Origin: Eledone cirrhosa
Lineage: Eukaryota
Assembly: GCA_964016885.1 (NCBI GenBank)
Contig: OZ024740.1
Location: 200,880,001-200,944,000, forward strand
Length of the DNA: 64,000 bases
Direction of reading: 5' to 3'
The translations under genes and the position numbers were made by a program. Positions 1 to 14,453 of the stretch are shown piece after piece; the first letter of the stretch is position 1; each line of letters begins with the position of its first letter. Under the pieces are notes generated by a model. The model ran no database searches. It was not told the DNA's origin and was given only the letters and a program-made list of their open reading frames with translations.

Positions 1-385
1 GAATCCCGTTGACAACGCGTACTCCTAGTTCAGTCAGGATACAAGAAACTTAACATCCTTTATGTAAGTGGACAGTAAATGACTTATGGAGCCGCAGAAA
101 CCCCAACACTGGACTTCACCATCATCCCAGGGGTCCGGGTGAGTATAAAACATTTATGCTTTCATATATTTTTATATCTGTATATCTGTTTGACCCGAAA
201 TAGGAGATCGAATCTTCGCTATGTGGATGATTAGTTTAACCACCATCTCATTGTGTTTGGCCTTTAACGTAAGTTGTAAGCTCTAATTCATTTGAATTAT
301 CTAGCGCTTGCCTCACAACTCGAAAGTGTTTTTTTCGTTATTTCATGGGCTGAAATTCGATTCTCGTTAATTTTTGCTTATATAT

Positions 386-442
<57 letters not shown>

Positions 443-558
443 GGGGGGGGGTGTATAAAGTAATTCCGTCGGAAAAGTCCAGGAAAAAAGGAAAAAAGAG
501 TGCTCTATGTAGGTAACAGAGCTTAATACTTATGTAATAAACAACATAAGGCAATTAT

Positions 559-616
559 TCCATTTACCAGTGGTTTCTTAAAAGCAAAAAATGTTGCTTT
601 CAATCGTCAGAATGAA
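559..616 (-). ncRNA. Type I hammerhead ribozyme motif, family H1
   Basis: Minus strand reads ttcatt-CTGACGA-ttgaaagca..tgcttttaa-GAAAC-cactg-GTA-aatgga. Stems I and II pair and the core is canonical. Confidence 0.85.
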
Positions 617-728
617 AAATTCCTAGTGTATTTATTGATATTGGATTCTAAAAACAAAAATGCAATCTATATGAAAGTGAGGCTGGAGAAGGAAGAATGA
701 AAGGAAAAATAAAATAAAAACACACATA

Positions 729-768
<40 letters not shown>

Positions 769-1069
769 ATTATATACATACACACATATATATATATATA
801 TACACACATACATACACACACACATATACACATATATATATGTATATATATATACATACACATACATATACACATACATACATACACACATAAATATCAA
901 CATATCAATACATACACATACATATATACAACCACACACATATATATACATATATATATATATAGAAATATAAATATATATATATATATATGCATACAGA
1001 TATACATACATAGCCATACACACATACAAATACATAGATACATACATACACACAATCGTACGTATATAC

Positions 1070-1607
1070 ACACACATACATAGCCATACAATTATACACA
1101 TACAAATACGTACATATCACAAACACGCACAACCAAATACAAACACACACATATATATATATGTGTGTATAAAACTCATTCTTAGATAATTCATATGAAC
1201 CTTATTTAACTCTAAAATATACATATATATATATATATATATATACACATACACATACATACACATACATACATACTAACATACACATATATACCTACAC
1301 ACACATATATACATACACATACATATTCATACGTACGCACACACACACACATATACATATATAACTCAATATATATATATATATATAAGAAAGAACATAA
1401 ATATTATAAAATAAATATTGTATATATAAAAAAAAATTTGGGAATACGTCAAATAATAAATAAAAAAATATATATTTAGAAAAGGGTATAAATGCCCATA
1501 GCAGACCTAGAGCACTCAACAAGTTCCTGGAGCAAAAGATCAATGAAAATAATCATCAAATCACTATATGTAATGATGCACATACATACACCCTTATACA
1601 TATACAC

Positions 1608-1680
<73 letters not shown>

Positions 1681-1714
1681 AATATATATATACATACACA
1701 CACACACACAAAAA

Positions 1715-1748
<34 letters not shown>

Positions 1749-1955
1749 TAAGGGTGTATGTATGTGCATCAATACATATAGTGATTTGATGATTATTTTC
1801 ATTGATCTTTTGCTCGAGGAACTTGTTGAGTGCTCTAGGTCTGCTATGGGCATTTATACCCTTTTCTAAATATATTTTTTTTTATTTATTATATGTCGTA
1901 TTACGAAAAATTTTTTTAGATATACAATATTTATTTTATAATATTTATGTTCTTT

Positions 1956-2026
<71 letters not shown>

Positions 2027-2316
2027 AGTTATATACGTATATGTGTGTGTGTGTGTGTACGTATGAATATGTATGTGTATGTATATATGTGTGTAGATAT
2101 ATATGTGTACGTTAGTATGTATGTATGTGTATGTATGTGTATGCGTATATATATATATATATGTATATTTTAGAGGTAAATAAGGTTCATATGAATTTAT
2201 CTAAGAATGAGTTTTATATACATATATATATATATATATATGTGTGTGTTTGGATTTGGTTGTGCATGTTTGTGATATGTACGTATTTGTATGTGTATAA
2301 TTGTATGGCTATGTAT

Positions 2317-2325
<9 letters not shown>
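1070..2325. repeat. Large imperfect palindrome with ~600-bp arms; also at ~4985-6245
   Basis: aaagggtataaatgcccatagcagacctagagcactc (1481-) is the reverse complement of gagtgctctaggtctgctatgggcatttatacccttt (1828-). Mirror ORFs 1476-1853(-) and 1492-1869(+). Confidence 0.95.
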
Positions 2326-2367
<42 letters not shown>

Positions 2368-2835
2368 CTCTATTTTCATTTATATATATATATATATATG
2401 GGTATATGAATTTAAGAATGCTCAGCCACTTACACAAAATTGATTCCATGATCAAGCTGTTCCGTTGATTGAACAACCAAGTTATTAATGATTGTAACCT
2501 ATGGAGGTATATTCCATACCCTAATTACTCTCATCTGTATACATCATACTCTATCTTCATTCTCATTCCTTCTTATATATCCTCTATTTTTTCTAATCCT
2601 ATTCGTTTCTTTCTATTGGGTGGGAGCAGGCTTCATTTTTCCTTTTAATTTCTTTCATATTTTCAATTTTTTATACTTTTTTTACATATTGTTTTCTTTA
2701 CATCTATATGAAATATGTCGGTATTATGTGTTATGTTTTATTATTTCTATTTTCTTTATTATTATGCAGGTGGCAATTCATTATAGATGTCACATAAGTT
2801 AAATGGCTTTTTGTTACCGTATTACACACACACAC

Positions 2836-2901
<66 letters not shown>

Positions 2902-3001
2902 ATAATAATAAAATTGAATACTAAAATCCAAAGAGGGCTCGATAAGGATAAATATATATCAAATATATAAGAACCGTAGAGCAAATATTATCTGTTATTT
3001 A

Positions 3002-3049
<48 letters not shown>

Positions 3050-3056
<7 letters not shown>

Positions 3057-3620
3057 TCTATTCTATTGACTGCCGAATAGCTGTGTTATATTTAACCACT
3101 CTGTCGAGAGCTTCATTCGATTTGTGATATTTTGCATTTTCGCAATATTATACACAGATGAATTCATTCGCATAATTTAGGTGTTGCCTCCCTTGCTGAA
3201 CCCCACGTGGGGTCAGTTACAGACACATCTATGTGGTCTTTCGAACTGAATCCCGTTGATAACGCGTACTCCTAGTTCAGTTAGGATACGAGAAACTTAA
3301 CATCCTTTATGTAAGTGGACAGTAAATGACTTATGGAGCCGCAGAAACCCCAACACTGGACTTTACCATCATCCCAGGGGTCCGGGTGAGTATCAAACAT
3401 TTATGCTTTCATATATTTTTATATCTGTATATCTGTTTGACCCGAAATAGGAGATCGAATCTTCGCTGTGTGGATAATTAGTTTAACCACCATCTCAGTG
3501 TGTTTGGCCTTTAACGTAAGTTGTAAGCTCTAATTCATTTGAATTATAGAGCGCTTGCCTCACAATTCGAAAGTGTTTTCTCGTTATTTCATGGGCTGAA
3601 ATTCGTTTCTCGCTAATTTT
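3050..3620 (+). pseudogene. Possible heavily decayed Penelope-like RT remnant (also 1-375 and 6983-7553)
   Basis: Frameshifted motif-like strings in RT order and plausible spacing: YWSI, FAILYT (~3140-3155), QGS (~3375), and RYVDD (217-231 in copy 1). Confidence 0.35.
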
Positions 3621-3627
3621 TACTTAT

Positions 3628-3736
<109 letters not shown>

Positions 3737-3856
3737 GGGGGGGGGGGGGGGTATAAAGTAATTCCGTCTGAAAAGTCCAGGAAAAAAGGAAAAAAGAGTG
3801 CTCTATGTAGGTAACAGAGCTTAATACTTATGTAATAAACAACATAAGGCAATTAT

Positions 3857-3914
3857 TCCATTTACCAGTGGTTTCTTAAAAGCAAAAAATGTTGCTTTCA
3901 ATCGTCAGAATGAA
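3857..3914 (-). ncRNA. Type I hammerhead ribozyme motif, family H1
   Basis: Same motif as 559-616. Confidence 0.85.
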
Positions 3915-4242
3915 AAATTCCTGGTGTATTTATTGATATTGGATTCTAAAAACAAAAATGCAATCTATATGAAAGTGAGGCTGGAGAAGGAAGAAGGAAA
4001 GGAAAAATAAAATAAAAACACACATACAAACACACACACACACACATCATTATATACATACACACATATATATATATATATACACACATACATACACACA
4101 CACATATACATATATATATATGTATATATATATACATACACATACATATACACATACATACATACACACATAAATATCAACATATCAATACATACACATA
4201 CATATATACAACCACACACATATATATACATATATATATATA

Positions 4243-4857
4243 AGTATTGAAATTTCAGTTAGAAACAGAAAAGGTCATAGATGTATGTACCCCCGCTTTT
4301 TTTGTTTTCTTTAATTTTTCTTTCTATCTTGTCTTTCTAATTTATCGTTACTATATTTTTATAAATATATCGTAATAGATACTTTTCTTTTATTTATTAT
4401 ACTCTCTTCATCTCCTTACTTTCCGTATCTAAATGTACGAGTGTCCAGCCGTTTTTTATGCGCGCGACTTTATTTTCTTATTTTCACAAAGTAACCATTT
4501 CCGTCTGCATAATACAGACATATAGATACATTTGCCCTAAACTTTTATTTTTATAATTACGCACACTTTCTAACCATACATTTACACGTACACATATACA
4601 TATATGCACATCTATGAGCGTATATACATACACATACACACACCTAACTATTTTTCTTGATAGATTTTTATATATTTCAATTTCTATTTCATTTATCTAT
4701 ATATTTTTTTGATTTTCTTGATGTGTTTTTCTAAGTATTTGCCCATGTTTTATATTGCCTCGTCTGACGAACGAATGAAGTCGTTTATTTCGTATTCGCC
4801 TCATTCGGGAAACCTCTGGTAATGAGGTAATAATATTGTATTGATTTTATACATTAC
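4243..4857 (+). mobile_element. HHR-terminated non-coding insertion in (TA)n, Penelope pLTR-like; second copy 8173-8788
   Basis: Absent from copy 1, where (TA)n runs directly into gaaatataaat at ~965. Flanked by (TA)n and ends shortly after an HHR. Confidence 0.75.
4753..4832 (+). ncRNA. Type I hammerhead ribozyme motif, family H2
   Basis: tattgcctcgt-CTGACGA-a-cgaatga..tcattcg-g-GAAAC-ctctg-GTA-atgaggtaata, giving an ~11-bp stem I and 7-bp stem II. Confidence 0.85.
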
Positions 4858-5519
4858 ATATATATATATATAGAAATATAAATATATATATATATATATG
4901 CATACAGATATACATACATAGCCATACACACATACAAATACATAGATACATACATACACACAATCGTACGTATATACACACACATACATACATAGCCATA
5001 CAATTATACACATACAAATACGTACATATCACAAACACGCACAACCAAATACAAACACACACATATATATATATGTGTGTATAAAACTCATTCTTAGATA
5101 ATTCATATGAACCTTATTTAACTCTAAAATATACATATATATATATATATATATATACACATACACATACATACACATACATACATACTAACATACACAT
5201 ATATACCTACACACACATATATACATACACATACATATTCATACGTACGCACACACACACACATATACATATATAACTCAATATATATATATATATATAA
5301 GAAAGAACATAAATATTATAAAATAAATATTGTATATATAAAAAAAAATTTGGGAATACGTCAAATAATAAATAAAAAAATATATATTTAGAAAAGGGTA
5401 TAAATGCCCATAGCAGACCTAGAGCACTCAACAAGTTCCTGGAGCAAAAGATCAATGAAAATAATCATCAAATCACTATATGTAATGATGCACATACATA
5501 CACCCTTATACATATACAC

Positions 5520-5590
<71 letters not shown>

Positions 5591-5624
5591 AATATATATA
5601 TACATACACACACACACACAAAAA

Positions 5625-5658
<34 letters not shown>

Positions 5659-5866
5659 TAAAGGGTGTATGTATGTGCATCAATACATATAGTGATTTGA
5701 TGATTATTTTCATTGATCTTTTGCTCGAGGAACTTGTTGAGTGCTCTAGGTCTGCTATGGGCATTTATACCCTTTTCTAAATATATTTTTTTTTATTTAT
5801 TATATGTCGTATTACGAAAAATTTTTTTAGATATACAATATTTATTTTATAATATTTATGTTCTTT

Positions 5867-5938
<72 letters not shown>

Positions 5939-6232
5939 ATTGAGTTATATACGTATATGTGTGTGTGTGTGTGTACGTATGAATATGTATGTGTATGTAT
6001 ATATGTGTGTAGATATATATGTGTACGTTAGTATGTATGTATGTGTATGTATGTGTATGCGTATATATATATATATATGTATATTTTAGAGGTAAATAAG
6101 GTTCATATGAATTTATCTAAGAATGAGTTTTATATACATATATATATATATATATATGTGTGTGTTTGGATTTGGTTGTGCATGTTTGTGATATGTACGT
6201 ATTTGTATGTGTATAATTGTATGGCTATGTAT

Positions 6233-6283
<51 letters not shown>

Positions 6284-6751
6284 CTCTATTTTCATTTATA
6301 TATATATATATATATGGGTATATGAATTTAAGAATGCTCAGCCACTTACACAAAATTGATTCCATGATCAAGCTGTTCCGTTGATTGAACAACCAAGTTA
6401 TTAATGATTGTAACCTATGGAGGTATATTCCATACCCTAATTACTCTCATCTGTATACATCATACTCTATCTTCATTCTCATTCCTTCTTATATATCCTC
6501 TATTTTTTCTAATCCTATTCGTTTCTTTCTATTGGGTGGGAGCAGGCTTCATTTTTCCTTTTAATTTCTTTCATATTTTCAATTTTTTATACTTTTTTTA
6601 CATATTGTTTTCTTTACATCTATATGAAATATGTCGGTATTATGTGTTATGTTTTATTATTTCTATTTTCTTTATTATTATGCAGGTGGCAATTCATTAT
6701 AGATGTCACATAAGTTAAATGGCTTTTTGTTACCGTATTACACACACACAC

Positions 6752-6821
<70 letters not shown>

Positions 6822-6921
6822 ATAATAATAAAATTGAATACTAAAATCCAAAGAGGGCTCGATAAGGATAAATATATATCAAATATATAAGAACCGTAGA
6901 GCAAATATTATCTGTTATTTA

Positions 6922-6986
<65 letters not shown>

Positions 6987-7557
6987 TCTATTCTATTGAC
7001 TGCCGAATAGCTGTGTTATATTTAACCACTCTGTCGAGAGCTTCATTCGATTTGTGATATTTTGCATTTTCGCAATATTATACACAGATGAATTCATTCG
7101 CCTAATTTAGGTGTTGCCTCCCTTGCTGAACCCCACGTGGGGTCAGTTACAGACACATCTATGTGGTCTTTCGAACTGAATCCCGTTGATAACGCGTACT
7201 CCTAGTTCAGTTAGGATACGAGAAACTTAACATCCTTTATGTAAGTGGACAGTAAATGACTTATGGAGCCGCAGAAACCCCAACACTGGACTTTACCATC
7301 ATCCCAGGGGTCCGGGTGAGTATCAAACATTTATGCTTTCATATATTTTTATATCTGTATATCTGTTTGACCCGAAATAGGAGATCGAATCTTCGCTGTG
7401 TGGATAATTAGTTTAACCACCATCTCAGTGTGTTTGGCCTTTAACGTAAGTTGTAAGCTCTAATTCATTTGAATTATAGAGCGCTTGCCTCACAATTCGA
7501 AAGTGTTTTCTCGTTATTTCATGGGCTGAAATTCGTTTCTCGCTAATTTTTACTTAT

Positions 7558-7668
<111 letters not shown>

Positions 7669-7785
7669 GGGGGGGGGGGGTATAAAGTAATTCCGTCTGA
7701 AAAGTCCAGGAAAAAAGGAAAAAAGAGTGCTCTATGTAGGTAACAGAGCTTAATACTTATGTAATAAACAACATAAGGCAATTAT

Positions 7786-7843
7786 TCCATTTACCAGTGG
7801 TTTCTTAAAAGCAAAAAATGTTGCTTTCAATCGTCAGAATGAA
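7786..7843 (-). ncRNA. Type I hammerhead ribozyme motif, family H1
   Basis: Same motif as 559-616. Confidence 0.85.
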
Positions 7844-8683
7844 AAATTCCTGGTGTATTTATTGATATTGGATTCTAAAAACAAAAATGCAATCTATATG
7901 AAAGTGAGGCTGGAGAAGGAAGAAGGAAAGGAAAAATAAAATAAAAACACACATACAAACACACACACACACACATCATTATATACATACACACATATAT
8001 ATATATATATACACACATACATACACACACACATATACATATATATATATATGTATATATATATACATACACATACATATACACATACATACATACACAC
8101 ATAAATATCAACATATCAATACATACACATACATATATACAACCACACACATATATATACATATATATATATAAGTATTGAAATTTCAGTTAGAAACAGA
8201 AAAGGTCATAGATGTATGTACCCCCGCTTTTTTTGTTTTCTTTAATTTTTCTTTCTATCTTGTCTTTCTAATTTATCGTTACTATATTTTTATAAATATA
8301 TCGTAATAGATACTTTTCTTTTATTTATTATACTCTCTTCATCTCCTTACTTTCCGTATCTAAATGTACGAGTGTCCAGCCGTTTTTTATGCGCGCGACT
8401 TTATTTTCTTATTTTCACAAAGTAACCATTTCCGTCTGCATAATACAGACATATAGATACATTTGCCCTAAACTTTTATTTTTATAATTACGCACACTTT
8501 CTAACCATACATTTACACGTACACATATACATATATGCACATCTATGAGCGTATATACATACACATACACACACCTAACTATTTTTCTTGATAGATTTTT
8601 ATATATTTCAATTTCTATTTCATTTATCTATATATTTTTTTGATTTTCTTGATGTGTTTTTCTAAGTATTTGCCCATGTTTTA

Positions 8684-8763
8684 TATTGCCTCGTCTGACG
8701 AACGAATGAAGTCGTTTATTTCGTATTCGCCTCATTCGGGAAACCTCTGGTAATGAGGTAATA
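8684..8763 (+). ncRNA. Type I hammerhead ribozyme motif, family H2
   Basis: Same motif as 4753-4832. Confidence 0.85.
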
Positions 8764-9064
8764 ATATTGTATTGATTTTATACATTACATATATATATAT
8801 ATAGAAATATAAATATATATATATATATATGCATACAGATATACATACATAGCCATACACACATACAAATACATAGATACATACATACACACAATCGTAC
8901 GTATATACACACACATACATACATAGCCATACAATTATACACATACAAATACGTACATATCACAAACACGCACAACCAAATACAAACACACACATATATA
9001 TATATGTGTGTATAAAACTCATTCTTAGATAATTCATATGAACCTTATTTAACTCTAAAATATC

Positions 9065-9095
<31 letters not shown>

Positions 9096-9208
9096 CACAT
9101 ACATACACATACATACATACTAACATACACATATATACCTACACACACATATATACATACACATACATATTCATACGTACACACACACACACATATACAT
9201 ATATAACT

Positions 9209-9261
<53 letters not shown>

Positions 9262-9781
9262 AAAGAACATAAATATTATAAAATAAATATTGTATATATA
9301 TAAAAAAAATTTGGGAATACGACAAATAATAAATAAAAAAATATATATTTAGAAAAGGGTATAAATGCCCATAGCAGACCTAGAGCACTCAACACGTTCC
9401 TGGAGCAAAAGATCAATGAAAATAATCATCAAATCACTATATGTAATGATGCACATACATACACCCTTATACATATATACATATACACACACACACACAC
9501 ACACAAACACACACAAACACACACACACACACATAAATATATATATACATACACACACACACAAAAATGTATAAGGGTGTATGTATGTGCATCAATACAT
9601 ATAGTGATTTGATGATTATTTTCATTGATCTTTTGCTCGAGGAACTTGTTGTGTGCTCTAGGTCTGCTATGGGCATTTATACCCTTTTCTAAATATATAT
9701 TTTTTTTTATTTATTATTTGTCGTATTCCCAAAAATTTTTTAGATATACAATATTTATTTTATAATATTTATGTTCTTTCT

Positions 9782-9813
<32 letters not shown>

Positions 9814-9871
9814 CACATACATACACATACATACATACTAACATACACATATATTTCATTTCACCCGCACC

Positions 9872-12052
9872 ATGCGAAAACACAACATTGACTTCTCTAC
9901 CAAGAACATCCCAATCCCACCGAAAAAACTTTACCTTCGGATGCTCACGCAAAAAATCGATCTTTTTGCGAAAAGACTTAGATGGAGAACTTTCTTCTAT
10001 GACAGATATTGCGACAACCAAGACTTCGGCACCAAGGAGAGATTCGGATTTATTACCTACAAATCTCCGCCCCTGAACCCCTTGCTCGCACCCTTCGAGA
10101 ATGACCTCTTCCAACTGGTCAAGAACATTAAATTTAAACCCAGACACAACCGATTCCTACAAAAACTCCGTAGCAACTTAACAGCGTATGATAACACAAA
10201 TGACATCATGGTGCATTCGGATAAAACTGGGAACCTATACTTTGTCAACCCTGACAGATACCACACACTGATCAGGAGCAGCCTAAACTCCACCTATAAA
10301 ATGGCCAACCACTCTTGCATCGAGGACATAAATCGAGATGGACAACAAATCACCTCCAGCCTCGGGGTCGCCGACCGCACGGAACCTCTAGATCCACGGA
10401 CACCATACTTCACACTGAAGGACCATAAATCCGATTTTGACCGTAAACCCTCCATCAGGCTTATTAACCCAACGAAGTCCGACATAGGGAGAATCAGCAA
10501 AAAAATCCTAGACCGCGTGATACCAAAAGTCAAGCAACACACCCGACTTAGCCTATGGATCAACACCCAGGAAGTAATCTCCTGGTTCAGCAATATGGAG
10601 GATAAACGAGAAACTAAATTCATACAGTTCGACATAGAGAGCTACTATGCTTCAATCACCTTACCGCTACTTACTGCCGCCTTGGACTTCGCCGAAACAC
10701 TCGTGCCCATCACCGACCAGGAAAGAAAAATCATCCTCCACGCCAGGAAGACAGTCTTACTCTTTGACGACTCTAAATGGATAAAAAGAGCTCCCGACTC
10801 ACCCTTCGACGTCAGCATGGGCGCCACGGATTCGGCGGAGGTCACTGATCTTATAGGATTATTCCTAATAGCCAAACTCACTGATTTGTTTCCTGCATTC
10901 GGTGGTGGATTGTACCGTGATGATGGGCTCCTAACCCTTAAAGGGTACAACCCCAGTAGTACAGATCGGGTCCGGAAACAATTAATCAGATTCTTCCGCG
11001 ACTGGGGATTTATAATAACCCTACAAACGTCCCTGACCCGAGTAAACCTCCTGGACGTGACCCTCGACCTCGAAAACGACCTGTACTACCCATACAGGAA
11101 ACCTAATGACAATCTGCACTACATCCACCGCCGATCAAACCATCCTAGGAACATCACAAACAACCTGGTCAAAAACATCTCCCTCCGCATATCCCGTTTG
11201 TCAGCTAATGAGCGGATATTCGATGAACATGCGCCTTATTACAACCAGGCCCTCAAGCGGAGTGGTTTCCGGGAGGAAATATCCTACTGTCCAGCTCCCA
11301 TTAGCGGAACCAGCAGGAGACACCGCCGCTCGCGCAATGTAACATGGTTCAATCCTCCCCACAACGCAGAGGTGACTACTCCCATCGGGAAACTATTCTT
11401 TAGGCTCATTGAAAAACACTTCCCATTACAACACCGCTACCACAACATAATTAACAAAAATACCATCAAACACTCTTACAGCACTACACCAAACTTCGCA
11501 CAAAACATCGTCTCCTCTAACAACAAAAAACTCAACCCCGATGGCAGAAATAACCTAAATAGCAGTGGAGAACCGACCAGGAGGTGTAACTGCCCGGATA
11601 GATCTATTTGCCCACTCGACAATAGATGCAGAGACCGTAATGTGATCTACCAGTGCAACGTGAGGACGGATACCTCCAACAAAGCCTATATAGGACTTAC
11701 CGCATGTGACTTCAAGACCCGGCTATACCAACATAGACATACCTTCCGAAACCCGGCCTGGCGTCACGCCACTACACTTTCGGGCCACATATGGGACCTC
11801 AAGGACAACAACATCACCTATGATCTCACTTGGATATTACTGTCCAGAGCCAATTCTTACACGGGAGGACGCCGTCCGTGCAATTTATGCTCGGAGGAAA
11901 CTTTACAAATGCTGTTTTCGACGGACCAACTCCTAAACAAGAAAGATGAACTGGTTACTGCATGTAAACATAGATTGCGTAGGACTTACCTCGCCCTCAA
12001 ACCCCATAATGACCCGGGGGGAGGGGGGGGGGGGGGTAGACTAGGGCTATAG
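9872..12052 (+). CDS. Penelope-like reverse transcriptase + GIY-YIG endonuclease (726 aa)
   Basis: N-terminal STKNIP and DKTGN; RT motifs FDIESYY, MGA and YRDDGL; WFNPP; CNC..CPL..C linker; VIYQC..YIGLT..FKTR..QH; CNLC; LLNKKDEL..CKH. Confidence 0.95.
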   Translation: MRKHNIDFSTKNIPIPPKKLYLRMLTQKIDLFAKRLRWRTFFYDRYCDNQDFGTKERFGFITYKSPPLNPLLAPFENDLFQLVKNIKFKPRHNRFLQKLRSNLTAYDNTNDIMVHSDKTGNLYFVNPDRYHTLIRSSLNSTYKMANHSCIEDINRDGQQITSSLGVADRTEPLDPRTPYFTLKDHKSDFDRKPSIRLINPTKSDIGRISKKILDRVIPKVKQHTRLSLWINTQEVISWFSNMEDKRETKFIQFDIESYYASITLPLLTAALDFAETLVPITDQERKIILHARKTVLLFDDSKWIKRAPDSPFDVSMGATDSAEVTDLIGLFLIAKLTDLFPAFGGGLYRDDGLLTLKGYNPSSTDRVRKQLIRFFRDWGFIITLQTSLTRVNLLDVTLDLENDLYYPYRKPNDNLHYIHRRSNHPRNITNNLVKNISLRISRLSANERIFDEHAPYYNQALKRSGFREEISYCPAPISGTSRRHRRSRNVTWFNPPHNAEVTTPIGKLFFRLIEKHFPLQHRYHNIINKNTIKHSYSTTPNFAQNIVSSNNKKLNPDGRNNLNSSGEPTRRCNCPDRSICPLDNRCRDRNVIYQCNVRTDTSNKAYIGLTACDFKTRLYQHRHTFRNPAWRHATTLSGHIWDLKDNNITYDLTWILLSRANSYTGGRRPCNLCSEETLQMLFSTDQLLNKKDELVTACKHRLRRTYLALKPHNDPGGGGGGGRLGL

Positions 12053-13142
12053 CACCCCACTTGCCGATTTTGCAATGGGTAACCCCTGCTTGCCAAGGAA
12101 GACGTAAGATCTTCTTTGTATTCTTTTATCGCTTCCTTTATTTCCTTCCCCCCTCTCTCCTTTGTCCTTCTACCCCAGCTCTTCTCCTTTGTCGGCGTCT
12201 TTTCTCGCCCACCCGAGGCTGCCCTTTGGCCCCATGTAGCCTTAGTACCCCCACCACCCCCTCCCCTAGTCTATGATAGATTTGGCGGACTCCGCCCTTT
12301 ATAGCAGTTGGCTTAGACCCCGGATACTTGCCCCCTTTTTCCGACCGCTCCCACTATTCTCTGTGCCCTCTATATTTCTTAGTGGCACTTATGCCTTATT
12401 TTTTCGTTTCAGTATTTCTTGCTTCGCTTTTCTTCTGGGCGGGGTGGATTCTGAATTTATTTCTCCGTATTCTACCTTTATTTCGTACGAACCTTCATGT
12501 AGCTTGTTTTAGATCTTTTAGAGTTAGCATTAGTATATATTTTTCTCGGGACTCAGAATTATTATCTCGTACAAGTTCACTTTGCTGCACTGGGTCGTTG
12601 CTGGCCCGGGATGGAAGCCTTTATTGTTTATTTCGTGGTAGTCTCTTTAGTATTTTGGCCCCTTTTGTTGACCCGTCACCGTATCATTTACGTACTTATA
12701 CCTCTTAAAAGGGTCCTTGCCTATTACGTCCCACCTAGTTCTTTTACTTATTTCGTTATTTATTTATTTATTTATTTCTTTACTTCTTTCTTTCTTTCTT
12801 TATTTTATTCTAGCCTAACAATAGCCTGAGACCTAGGTCGTAGAATTTAATTTACTTTACTTTTTTCTTTACACTTATTTGCTTTTCTTCACTCTCAGTA
12901 TTTTTTCTTTCCTATTTCTACCCCCCATTGTTCTACCTACCGTTCCGACTTCCTCCCCCCCCCCCTGTATCTTCTTTGACCTCATACCCAGCTGTAGCTG
13001 GCACTACCAACGCTTGATTGGGTCTACTCCACCCCCTCCCCTCTTTCTCCTACTGGCAGGTTTAGCCACCATCTCCCCTACTAATTTGCAACCACAGAAT
13101 TACTACTGATTTTTGACAATCACTTTGACCATATATGGAATT

Positions 13143-13236
13143 ACCCCTTGAGAAGATCGGCTATTTAAATACCAGGATAAATTTTTATTTAGTCCAGAAT
13201 TAGCCGTCGAAACGGCTTGAGCTCAGCTGTCGGGGT
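13143..13236 (+). ncRNA. Hammerhead-like motif with non-canonical core at the Naiad 3' end (H3)
   Basis: acccc-TTGAGAA-gatcggcta..tagccgtc-GAAAC-ggct-tgagctc-agct-GTC-ggggt. All three stems pair but the 5' core deviates from CUGANGA. Confidence 0.65.
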
Positions 13237-13246
13237 CTTACTGGTT

Positions 13247-13287
<41 letters not shown>

Positions 13288-13407
13288 AATTATATATGTA
13301 TATGTGTGTGTGTGTGTGTGTACGTATGAATATGTATGTGTATGTATATATGTGTGTAGATATATATGTGTACGTTAGTATGTATGTATGTGTATGTATG
13401 TATATGC

Positions 13408-13461
<54 letters not shown>

Positions 13462-13611
13462 TTTAGAGGTAAATAAGGTTCATATGAATTTATCTAAGAA
13501 TGAGTTTTACATACATATATATATATATATATATGTGTGTGTGTTTATATTTGGTTGTGCATGTTTGTGATATGTACGTATTTGTATGTGTATAATGGTA
13601 TGGCTATGTAT

Positions 13612-13669
<58 letters not shown>

Positions 13670-13684
13670 ATGTGTGTGTATATA

Positions 13685-13715
<31 letters not shown>

Positions 13716-14453
13716 ATTTGTGTATGCGTATGTATGTGTTTATGTATTTGTATATGTATATTTATGTGTGAGAGTGTGTGTATGTATTTATTTTTACGTA
13801 TGTATGTGTACGTGCATTTGTGTGTATTGCTTACCACGCGTGTTTGTTCATTTATTTGTTGCCTGTATCGCTGTCAACTTTATAATAGTCTTTATTTTCT
13901 TTTTTATGTCTTTTATTATTATATATATATTTTCTTATATTTATTTGCGTGTGTGAATATGTAGAGGTGTGTGTATATATTTTTCTATTTTTGTGCATGT
14001 ATATGTATGCATGTATATATGTGTGTATGTATGTGTATGTATGTACGTGTGTATATACGTACGATTGTGTGTATGTATGTATATGTATGTGTGTATGGCT
14101 ATGTATGTGTATGTGTATGCATATATATATATATATTTATATTTCTATATATATATGTATATATATGTGTGTGGTTGTATATATGTATGTGTATGTATAG
14201 ATATGTTAATATTTATGTGTGTATGTATGTATGTGTATATGTATATATATACACATATATATATGTGTATATGTGTGTGTGTATGTATGTGTGTATGTAT
14301 ATATATATGTGTGTGTATGTATATAATTGTGAGTGTGTTTGCATGTGTGTTTTTATTTTATTTTTCCTTTCCTTCTTCCTTCTCCAGCCTCACTTTCATA
14401 TAGATTGCATTTTTGTTTTTAGAATCCAATATCAATAAATACACCAGGATTTT

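Larger units (their letters stand above)
9855..13249 (+). mobile_element. Penelope-like retroelement, Naiad-type, apparently full length
   Basis: Uninterrupted RT-GIY-YIG ORF, ~1.1-kb pyrimidine-rich 3' UTR and a terminal HHR-like motif. Inserted in the (TA)n of the surrounding repeat, which resumes at ~13285. Confidence 0.9.

Noticed and set aside
648-2379. Many YI/CV/HT-rich ORFs here and at 13-15 kb, 28-30 kb and 63-64 kb
   Set aside because: They are translations of stop-free microsatellites, not proteins.
9872-13140. Selenoprotein Naiad (in-frame UGA plus SECIS)
   Set aside because: The ORF has no internal TGA, ends in TAG, and the cysteines are normally encoded.
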